Below, in pieces: positions 1 to 15,754 of a stretch of 20,000 nucleotides of DNA. A program made the position numbers and the translations under genes. A model generated the notes under the pieces. The model saw only the letters and a list, made by a program, of their open reading frames with translations, did no database searches and had not been told where the DNA came from. Origin of the DNA: Reclinomonas americana ATCC 50394 (taxonomy: Eukaryota); assembly GCA_048213135.1 (NCBI GenBank), contig PS015063.1, forward strand, positions 150,973 through 170,972, in the 5' to 3' direction. Each line of letters opens with the position of its first letter. Position 1 is the first letter of the stretch.

Positions 1-5527
<5,527 letters not shown>

Positions 5528-5549
5528 CTGACAAATACAAACACGAACA

Positions 5550-7399
5550 ATGAGTGACGTAAGCGATAAATTGTCCAAGCAAATGAGTGAGGTGCGCGCG
5601 CACACTCTCTCACTCACACACTCTCTTGTTACACACATTCACACACTCTCTGTTACACACATTCACACACTCACTCACTCACTCACTCACTCACACTCAA
5701 TTTCAAACTTTTCCACTCACTCTTTTCTCATTCTTCTCTCTCAGAGTGGCGACAGTGCGCCTAAACCGCGCGGAAAGCGCAGAAAGATCAACATTGATTA
5801 CATTCAAGTTGCGATCTCTTCATCTGTCTTTCTCTATTATTCTCTCTTTCTTCTCACACTTTTTTTGTTGTTTCTTCCGCTTGTTTCTTGTTTGTGTTTT
5901 TTTTTGTAGGATAAGACGCAGCGATTGACTACGTTCCACAAGCGCAAGGAGGGATTGTTGAAGAAGGTGAGAGTTGATGGAGAATGCGGCAAGTGCGGTT
6001 GATTTCTCGGATGCGCAGACACGCGTTCTCCTCTTGTGTGCACTCTTCTGTGTGCATAGCAGGGTACTTGCTGCCACTCTCGCACTCTCTCACTCTCACT
6101 CACTCGTTCACTCTGCCATTCGCCGCATTCATCTGCCAATCGAGAGTGGGCAAGTGCATTTGATACGTGTTCTCCTCTTGTGTGCACTCTTCTGTGTACA
6201 CAGCAGGGTACTTGCAGTTACTGTCACACTCGCACTCTCTCGTTCGCCCTGCCATTCACGACAATCATCTGCTGACTGAGAATGGGCAGCTCTGATTGAC
6301 TAGCGCACACACCTCCGTAATCTTCTGTGTGCACCAGGGCTCTCACGCTTTCGATGATCTAACGGTGGTTGCTGTCACTGTAACTCATTCTGTCGGACTC
6401 TTTTTCATCACGCGGTTCACTGTCGGGCAATTGCTGTCACTCGCATGGTTACACCTCACCGCTCGTTGTGAGCAAGTACTCTCTTGCATCCTGACTGAGC
6501 TCTCGCACATCCTCCCTTTTCTCCTCTCTCTCCCTTTCCCTCCGTTGCGCTCACTCCTCCCTCCCCAATATCGCAGGCGTACGAGTTGAGCACATTGACT
6601 GGATCGCAGATTCTGCTGCTCATTGCGTCGGAGACCGGCCAGGTTGGTGCTGCGTAGCTTGTTTGTGACCTCGCGCTGGTGTACATCGTCTCTTTCTCTC
6701 TCTCATAGTCATGCTCCTCATACCACGCCGTTGATTTCATCGTCTATATCACTCGCTTTCTCTGTCTCTCACTCACATTCTCACTGTGTTCTCATCTGTG
6801 TTTCTCTCTCTCTCTCCCCCCTCCCTCTCTCTCTCTCCATGCACATCTTGCCGCGCTGTCAATGTTATCATTCTCATCTTCTCACGCTGCACTCTTCATG
6901 CACACCATGGTTGACACGCTCGTGCACACCGTTGAGAGCAACCAGCTGATTCATGCTGCTGTTTCTCTCAGCTTCCTTCATGTACGCTTCTGCATTCTCT
7001 GATCTCACCGCGCATTTCGTTTCATCGTGCTCATTCTTGCCCTGTTCTCTCTGCTTCATTCATCCACGCTGCTGTTTCATGTTTCCTCCCCTGATTTCCC
7101 CGCGGCATTGTTGGCATCCTCCGTGTTCGAGTAGCTGTCCCTCTCAGCTTCATTCTCCCCCATTCTCTTTTTTCACCCTCCCTCCTGATTTCCCTCTTGC
7201 GCACATCTTTCCCTCACTTCACTCCCCCTCCCGCAGGTCTACACCTTCGCCACTCCCAAGTTCCAGCCCCTCATCACCCGCCCACCCGGCAAGACATTCA
7301 TCGAGGTGCGTCACGCTTCCCCTTCCACCACCCTCTCCCTCACTCACAATAACGCCGCTTTGCACCACACAGTCGTGCTTAAACGCGCCTGACGAGTGA
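5550..7399 (+). CDS. SRF: SRF/Mcm1-type (type I) MADS-box transcription factor, about 96-107 aa, 6 exons
   Basis: Exons 5550/5583-5591 (or 5550-5558), 5745-5807, 5910-5966, 6577-6642, 7237-7305, 7373-7399. They splice to MSE-SGDSAPKPRGKRRKINIDYIQ-DKTQRLTTFHKRKEGLLKK-AYELSTLTGSQILLLIASETGQ-VYTFATPKFQPLITRPPGKTFIE-SCLNAPDE*. This is colinear with the SRF/Mcm1 MADS + SAM domain (KKAYELSTLTG, ASETG.VYTFAT, CLN.P). The first exon is uncertain. Confidence 0.95.
5985..6340. repeat. Degenerate direct repeat of about 145 bp (2 good copies plus a decayed third) in MADS intron 3
   Basis: The block gttctcctcttgtgtgcactcttctgtgt(g/a)ca(t/c)agcagggtacttgc occurs at about 6025 and 6169, with a partial tcttctgtgtgcaccaggg at about 6321. 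Confidence 0.8.
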
Positions 7400-7528
7400 C
7401 GCCCGTCACCTAATGGACGTGTCTCCTCCCAATCACCATCATTTTCATTGCTCGCCTGGAGACACGCAAACACCATTAAAGTGACGCACGTCATCAAGCG
7501 GGGTTGTGTAAGTTGCTGTTGTTGTGTT

Positions 7529-10500
7529 TCAGTTGGCCATGAAGTCGCCACCTGTGGCGAAGAGGCAACGGCATCAGCAACATGTTCTCACAGAGGACAT
7601 CGCTCTCATTACTCTCTCTGCCTTCTCTCTCTCCAATTCTCGGACCACAACCCTTCGCTCACCCCTCTCGCCCGCGCATTCTTCAGAATAACACTGCCTC
7701 AGAACGCACTCAATGCCTGCTCTTTTTCTCTCCAACTCTCAGACCACAAACCCTCCATCGCTCACCCCAGTCGCCCGCGCATTCTTCAGAATAATACTGC
7801 ATCAGAAAGCACTCGATGACTTCTCACTTTCTCTCCAATTCTCCGACCACAAACCCTTCACTCACCCCTCTCGCCCGAACATTCTTCAGACAAACACTGC
7901 ATCAGAACGCACAAGATGCCTTCTCACTTTCTCCACTCGCTCACCCCTCTTGCCCGAATATTCTTCTGAAAAACACTGCCTCAGAACGCACTCAATGCCT
8001 GCTCTTTCTCTCCAACTCTCAGACCACAAACCCTCCTTCGCACCCCTCTTGCCCGAGCATTCTTCAGACCAACACTGCATCAGATCGCCTTCTCTTCTCT
8101 CCAATTCTCAGACCATAATCTCTCCACCACGAGATGCTCACAGTAAAAGCGCGCACATTCCCCTTCTACTTCCCTTCTCCTCCCTTCCCCCTTCCCCTCC
8201 CCTTCTCCTCCCCTCTCCCCTTCTCCTCCCTCCCCCCTTTCCCCTTTCCCCCTCCGCACCATTAATATCAATGGAGGCCCCATTAATATGCGCCGCACTC
8301 TCCGTCGCCAGAAACCCAATCAACGACGCAATCTCCGCCGGCTGCGCCATGCGACCGGCCGGACACCGCCTCTCCCACGCCGCCAGCGTCTCGGCCGGCA
8401 AGAACTTGCGCAACTCCTAACAAAAAATAAGGGTGAGGAGCGGTCACGAAAGAAACGCAGGCAAGCAAGTTTTCTTTACCGGCGTGTCGACGAGGGACGG
8501 GCACACGGCATTGACGGTGATGCCGTGGCGCGCCTCCATGCACGCCAGTTGCCTGGTGAGACCGAGCAGACCGGCCTTGGAGGCGCTCACGGGGAGGGAG
8601 CCTGGCGTGTCACTCGTGAGGAAAAGCAAAAAAGGGGGAAAAGGTGGAGATGGGGGGTGACGAACCGCCACGGCTGTGGCTCTTGCCGGCCTTGGACGAC
8701 AGATTAATGATGCGTCCCCAGCCGGCCTCGCGCATCTGCGGTGATTTGTGAGGGGAGGCGGGGATGGGGAAAGGGGGAAAACAGGGAGAAGCTTTACGCA
8801 ACGTACTTGATCGCAGCGCGGCATGTGTAGAACGAGCCCTGGGGATGGATAGTGAGTGAGGAGACAACGGAGCAGATCATCTTGCTCCTTCTTGTGACTC
8901 TTAGATACGCGCTCTCTCATCGCGATCCTTCTAGTCCATGCATTTTCACAGACTCTCGGTTGTACCCCAGCGCTCTCACCCGTGCGATCCTCACATTCTG
9001 ACATTCAGTCGCTACCAACGGCCCTTTGCACACTGCACTGGTCACAAAGCTCCTACCACTTGTTAACCCGCTGCTCCAGCGCTTCATTCCTCGCCCTGTG
9101 GCTGACTGTTGGTTGCTAACAAAGCCTGTCCACACACGCATCAACCTCGCGCACCCACCTCGCTGTTGTGGCAATGCTCAATTCCTCACACCCGTCACCT
9201 ACTACGCTCTTTCACTCACTGCGATGATCATTCATCTCCAACCGCTTGCTAACCGTGTGCAGTCAGCTCACAAGTGCTCGCTTCCTCGTCACTACTTTGC
9301 AAAGTGCACTCTCAACCTTGTGAATCATTTTTTCGATCCATTCCTGCATCCCCCTTCTCCTCTCACCCCCTTCTCCTCTCTCACCCCTTCTCCTCTCATC
9401 CCCCTTCTCCTCTCAGCCCCTTCTTCTATCATATGACCCCTTCGCCTCTCAACCCCTTCTCCTCTCAACCCCTTCTCCTCTCGACCCCTTCTCCTCTCTA
9501 CCTTCTCCTCTCACCCCCTTCTCCTCTCAACCCCCTTCTCCTCTCACCCCTTCTCCTCTCAACCCCTTCTCCTCTCGACCCCTTCTCCTCTCACCCCCTT
9601 CTCCTCTCAACCCCCTTCTCCTCTACTACCCTTCTCCTCTCCCTCCCTCTCTCTCCCTCCTCCCTCTCTCTCCTACTCTCCTACTCTCTCTCTACTCTCC
9701 TCTCTCTCTCTCTCTCTCGNNNNNNNNNNNNNNNNNNNNNNNNNNNNNNNNNNNNNNNNNNNNNNNNNNNNNNNNNNNNNNNNNNNNNNNNNNNNNNNNN
9801 NNNNNNNNNNNNNNNNNNNNNNNNNNNNNNNNNNNNNNNNNNNNNNNNNNNNNNNNNNNNNNNNNNNNNNNNNNNNNNNNNNNNNNNNNNNNNNNNNNNN
9901 NNNNNNNNNNNNNNNNNNNNNNNNNNNNNNNNNNNNNNNNNNNNNNNNNNNNNNNNNNNNNNNNNNNNNNNNNNNNNNNNNNNNNNNNNNNNNNNNNNNN
10001 NNNNNNNNNNNNNNNNNNNNNNNNNNNNNNNNNNNNNNNNNNNNNNNNNNNNNNNNNNNNNNNNNNNNNNNNNNNNNNNNNNNNNNNNNNNNNNNNNNNN
10101 NNNNNNNNNNNNNNNNNNNNNNNNNNNNNNNNNNNNNNNNNNNNNNNNNNNNNNNNNNNNNNNNNNNNNNNNNNNNNNNNNNNNNNNNNNNNNNCTTCTC
10201 CTCTCAACCCCTTCTCCTCTCATTCCCCTTCTCCTCTCATCCCCTTCTCCTCTCAACCCCTTCTCCTCTCATCCCCTTCTCCTCTCATCCCCCTTCTCCT
10301 CTCATCCCCCTTCTCCTCTCATCCCCTTTTCTCCTCTCAACCCCTTCTCCTCTCAACCCCTTCTCCTCTCACCGCCTTCTCCTCTCACCCCCTTCTCCTC
10401 TTAACCCTTCCCCTCTCAACCCCTTCTCCCCTCGACCCTTCTCCTCTCAACCCCTTCTCCTCTCGACCCCTTCTCCTCTCGACCCCTTTCTCCTCTCACC

Positions 10501-11133
10501 CCCTTCTCCTCTCACCCCCTTCTCCTCTCATCCCCCTTCTCCCCTCATCCGCCTTCTCCTCTCACCGCCTTCTCCTCTCAACCCCTTCCCCTCTCACGCC
10601 CTTCTCCTTTCCCGCCCTCACCGACAAATTGAAATCCATGATCAATCGCCACTCCTCATCCGTCATCTCGCAAATGTCCTTGTTGGGACGCGTTATCGTC
10701 GCACAGTTGACAAGAATGTGCAGCCGACCACCCATATCCTCCGCCGCTCGGGACACCACAATGCGGACCTCCTCCGAGCTCGACACGTTGAGTGGGATGA
10801 TCGAAATACGTTGCGCTGTTGGGGGGGAAGAATGAGACAGAATACAAGAGTTGCTGCTCGTGCGCGCGCGCGCACACACCTCCTGCAGGCGATGGTGGTG
10901 CGACGGGCAGCGAGGCCACGCACGCGCGCAGAGCCGTCTCGTCCACACCCGTCGCCACCACCGACGCACCCATGGCCCACAATTGGTGGACCACCGCGCA
11001 ACCAATGTCGCGGGAGCAGCTGCGGCGTGGGAAGGAGATGTGGTGAGCGCGGGTGTGAGGGAAGACAACTGTTGACAGGCAACACGAACCCAGTCACCAG
11101 AGCCACGCGACCGTGGAGAGGTGGGAGCACGGC
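7529..11133 (-). CDS. Classical short-chain dehydrogenase/reductase (FabG-like fold) with degenerate catalytic motifs; start exon not located (candidate ATG TCG micro-exon at 12902-12897)
   Basis: Exons 11133-11090, 11019-10880, 10815-10622, 8838-8803, 8735-8666, 8601-8480, 8416-8260, 7551-7529 give about 261 aa: LHGRVALVTGCSRDIG...GGRLHILVNCAT...MTDEEWRLIMDFNLSGSFYTCRAAIKYMREAGWGRIINLSSKAG...SLPVSASKAGLLGLTRQLA...HGITVNAVCPSLVDTP...CPAGRMAQPAEIASLIGFLA...HINGASIDINGGDFMAN*. Confidence 0.9.
7628..8115. repeat. Tandem repeat of about 100 bp unit (about 5 copies) filling the last SDR intron
   Basis: Recurring ctctccaa(t/c)tctc(a/g)gaccacaaaccct...cacccctct(c/t)gccc...attcttcaga...cactgc(a/c)tcagaacgca. 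Confidence 0.9.
9345..10600. repeat. Minisatellite of about 16-17 bp unit (CCCCTTCTCCTCTCAA/C) in the longest SDR intron, spanning an N gap
   Basis: Dozens of ccccttctcctctca(a/c/t) copies on both sides of gap 9720-10194. Confidence 0.95.
9720..10194. other. Assembly gap (others: 204-223, 4886-4905, 11709-12210, 12803-12822, 15762-15801, 17115-17607, 17810-17920)
   Basis: Runs of N, most adjacent to simple repeats. Confidence 1.
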
Positions 11134-11399
11134 CTGAGGGGAGGAGGGAAATCAGCGGAAAGAATAATCAGGACTGGAAGAGCCGGAATTTTGTCTGCGA
11201 TAAGAATGCTTCTCATAAACTACGGAGAAGGACAGCTGCTTATAAGACTCTGAATGCAACAGGGAGCTCTGCTGTTGTTCTCTCTCTCTCTCTCTCTCTC
11301 GCTGCACATCGGTAGCAAACTACTCGCTCGCGACTCTATCAATCTATCAAGATCCAGAATGCGTCGCTGTGCTCATTCCCTAAGCGATCCACGAACGTG

Positions 11400-11708
11400 C
11401 AAGACACCTTACCGCTCGCAATCACTCCTTTCCTCTCTGAGGATCAGTGCTGCTCCTTGGCAACAAGACAACTCGCTCGAGAATCAAGGGCGCCTCTCGC
11501 TCTCTTTTCCATTCTCTCACGTGAGACTCAATCGACTCGTTCACATGCTCAAGAAGAACGATGCTCTCAGCCCCACGCAATCACCGTCTCTTCAGTCTCA
11601 ATCCAGCTCGGAACATCATCGCAAATGATCATTGCAGTGGTTCGCAAGACACCTCAGTCAAGACTCGCAGCGTAGCTTGAGAATCAAGGGCGCCTCTCTC
11701 TCTCTCTC
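11400..11708. repeat. Degenerate direct duplication next to a gap
   Basis: gagaatcaagggcgcctctc at about 11478 and 11680; caagacacct at about 11400 and 11644. Confidence 0.6.
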
Positions 11709-12824
11709 NNNNNNNNNNNNNNNNNNNNNNNNNNNNNNNNNNNNNNNNNNNNNNNNNNNNNNNNNNNNNNNNNNNNNNNNNNNNNNNNNNNNNNNNNNNN
11801 NNNNNNNNNNNNNNNNNNNNNNNNNNNNNNNNNNNNNNNNNNNNNNNNNNNNNNNNNNNNNNNNNNNNNNNNNNNNNNNNNNNNNNNNNNNNNNNNNNNN
11901 NNNNNNNNNNNNNNNNNNNNNNNNNNNNNNNNNNNNNNNNNNNNNNNNNNNNNNNNNNNNNNNNNNNNNNNNNNNNNNNNNNNNNNNNNNNNNNNNNNNN
12001 NNNNNNNNNNNNNNNNNNNNNNNNNNNNNNNNNNNNNNNNNNNNNNNNNNNNNNNNNNNNNNNNNNNNNNNNNNNNNNNNNNNNNNNNNNNNNNNNNNNN
12101 NNNNNNNNNNNNNNNNNNNNNNNNNNNNNNNNNNNNNNNNNNNNNNNNNNNNNNNNNNNNNNNNNNNNNNNNNNNNNNNNNNNNNNNNNNNNNNNNNNNN
12201 NNNNNNNNNNAGAGAGAGAGAGAGAGAGAAGAGAGAAAAGAGGAAAGTAACAAGGAAGTAAACAGAAAGAAAGAAAGGGACGGAAACTTGATCACACAGA
12301 GCAACCGAACCACTGACTTCACAGACACACACTCTCTCTCTCATCCATTCTCACATGCAGACGAAAAGACGAGCAGACAGAGAGGAAGAAAGAAGCAGCG
12401 AGACAAGTTCACCAAACAGCCCGACTCAAAATGAAATTCGCAATGAACAGTGACCGAATACCGACGACGATGCAGACACAAACGCCGGTACTCTCGTATG
12501 CACATACGATACCAAACAGACAGAAAGAGAGACACAAAGACTTCTTCGCACTGACTCGCTGACATTCACGTTCTATCTCACACACTCATTCTTTCTCACG
12601 GCCAGCAGACAGAAAAAGAAAGGAAGATACACAAACAAATTCTTGCCAAAGCCCATGCACACATGCACACACACAAGCACACACAAGCACACACAAGCAC
12701 ACAAACACACAAAGAGAGAGAGAGAGAGAGTTATTGAGACGGACAGGCAGAACAACGGAAAAGAAACATTCTCCTCTCCCTTCCCCCTTCCCCCCCTTCC
12801 CCNNNNNNNNNNNNNNNNNNNNAG

Positions 12825-12865
<41 letters not shown>

Positions 12866-13175
12866 TGAGACAGCGAGAACGGCGTGCGAAGCTAACCGAC
12901 ATATGTAAGCAATCAGAAATATATCAGCAATCGACTCCCCTCTCTGCTGTCCCCAATGCAATTTGCTGATGCTCATGCGAAAGGCAACGAACGTGCACAA
13001 AATGCAAGCACGGCGGACCGCAAAGAGAACACAGAGCAAGTAAGAGAACAATCGGAAGACAGGCGAGTCTCAGAGAGAGAGAGAGAGATAGACTGACTGA
13101 GACACAGACAGGCAGACAGACAGACAGACAGAGAGACTCGCTCGCTCGCTCACACACACATGTACATGCAGAGAC

Positions 13176-13206
<31 letters not shown>

Positions 13207-13509
13207 CCGTGTGTGCTTGCGTGTGTGTGAGTAGAGAGAGGAGAGCAACATGAAGATGCAAGCATAGCGATAATGGCAGCAGAAATCTGGGAGAAGGAGA
13301 CACATTAACACACTCACACACTCACACACACACACATACACGCTCACACATCGACACGGATAGAAAGACGGACAGAGAGAAAAAAGAAACATGTCATTCC
13401 TCCCCTCTTGCCCCCTTCTCCCCTCTCCTTCCCCTTCTCCTTAATTCCCCCTTCCCCCTTTCCCCTCTCCTTCCCCCTTTCCCCCCCTCCTCCTCCTCCA
13501 CCACGCAAC

Positions 13510-15686
13510 GACTCCGACGCCACACCATCCACGGGCGGCAGCGCGGGCAAAAAGTGCGGCAAACTCGGCACCGCAGCCGCCGCCGCTGCAGCAGCCGTCG
13601 CAGCAGACAGCGCGCGCGTCGGCGGCCTACGAATGGGCTCGTCGTCGTCGCCCGACGATTCACTGCTGCTCGCCGAGTCGGTGGTGTCCTGCGCGTCCAC
13701 ATAAAAGGCCTGCACGATGTAGTAAGTCACTGCCTCGCCAGAAGCAGGCGACATAATCACATACCTGCTCGGACGATTCGTCGGCTTGTGCGTCGGGGGC
13801 GGCGGCACCTGCAGCGCGACGAACTCGCTTCGGACGACGCAAGCGGAAGCGCGTAATGTCGCTGGGAATCTGCATGGCAGAGAAGAGGGTGAGTGTTTCT
13901 GAATGTACACACACTTATGCAAGCAAACAGACACGCAACTCGAGTGCCCATCACACGGCGCTTCTTCTTGGCCGGACCGTCCCCATCGGCGCCATCCGGT
14001 GCACTCGAGTCGCCCTTGCGATCCTCGTCGGGCGAGATGGGACGCTTGGCTGGAGGGAGCGCACAACAATGAGCGGGCAAGATAAAGAGAGAACGAGATG
14101 CCAGCGACAAACCTTTCTTTGGTGCAGGCCGCCGCTGCTTCTGCGCTGCTCCACCAGCTGCCGCACCAGCCGCCGCAGCAGTCCCCGAGCCGGCTTCTGT
14201 GATTGCCGACGCGGAATCTGCGTGGAATTAAAGATGAGAGAATGACAACAGAAGGATATGGGAACTTCACACAAACCATCAGCTGGCGGCGCGGCAGAGA
14301 TTGGCGGTGTGGAAGGCGAATGAATGTCTGGGGCTGAGCGAGCGGTCCGCAAGCCGAGCATGAATGGGCGCATAATGTCCTGCACGAGTTGCACATGAGC
14401 GGAGCGTCACACTCTCTCCTGCTGCACGTCTGCGAACACACCTCCGGCGACTGCACACCCAGATTCCGCAGCTCGCGAGCAATGTTGGTTCGGCCGCGTC
14501 GAGTGTTGACTCCCGGCACAAAAGCACTGAGATTGTCGACCTGGAAATCGCGGCCGAAAATCTCCTCCGCCAGCTCGCTCGGCAGAATCGGTGGAGGCGG
14601 GGGCGCGGGACCGGCTGCCATGCGAGATGCAATGGTTAGAAACGACGCACCCCCCTTTTTCTCGTGCTCTCCCATTACTTACTGTCGGGAATGAGAACGT
14701 AGCCACGGCGCCCTCCCGATCCCGTCGGCGTCGGCACCGAGGGCGTCGCATCTGCCGCCGCCGCCGCCGACGAGCCACCACCACCACTGGCTCCAGTCGC
14801 CGTCGACGCACCTCCGCCCGCCGCAGCCGCAGCAGCATTCTTGTCGATAGGCGGGGAGGTGGGTGACAGCGCACTTGCACCACGTGCAGTCGACTTCTTC
14901 GAGCTCTGCTCGAAAGGTGAGCACGGCATCATCAGGAAAAAACATTACTTCACAGCACCCATCGCAACTTCCGTCGGCGACCCGAGTCCGCCATCGCGTC
15001 GCGATGACGACGACGGTGTCACTGGTACTGGCGCTCCACCGGCGCTGGAAACAGGAGGCGGAGGGATGGCCAGCGAACCCACAATGCCGGCACTCATCGC
15101 ATTGGCCGTCATCACCGACGGACTCCACACCGAGTCCAACGCGAGGCCAGCGGCCGGTGCCGTCAGCAAGTTGGCACTGGCGGCTGCAATGGCCACAGTG
15201 GCCGACGCCGACATGGCCGCAGCGGCGGCGGCGGCGGCGGCTGATGAAGAAGAGGCGGAGTAGGCGGTGGTCGACGACGAGGATGACGAGGATGCCAGGC
15301 CGTTGAGGGCGAAAAAGGCGGCCTGGTTGGAGTTGTTGCTCTGGCGGCCACCGGTGGCGGCGGGGATGCTCATGGGTGGGATGTTGAGGAGACTGCAAAA
15401 GGGGAAGGGGGAGGGGGAGGGGAAGGGTAAGGATAAGGAAAAGGGAAAGGAATTGGGGGAAAGAAAGGGAAAGGAAAAGGGGAAGGAAAAGGGGGAAGGA
15501 AAAGGGGGAATGAAAAGGGGTGAGGTGATGCAAAGAAACTTTCGAGAATGCTACGCTAGAGAAAGTGACCAAATATCAAGAGACACAATTGATGCGCAAA
15601 CGCCCTCAAACATACACGTACGGATGCACGAAAGAAACAACGACAAGAGCAACACAAAGACGAGTACACAAGAGAAAATGTGCTCA

Positions 15687-15754
<68 letters not shown>

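Noticed and set aside
7628-8115. CRISPR-like periodicity
   Set aside because: The whole unit repeats with no unique spacers; it is intronic, eukaryotic and has no cas genes.
12897-12965. TGA readthrough or selenocysteine joining QIALGTAERGVDC* to the candidate SDR start
   Set aside because: The exon itself is unsupported and no SECIS or readthrough context is evident.
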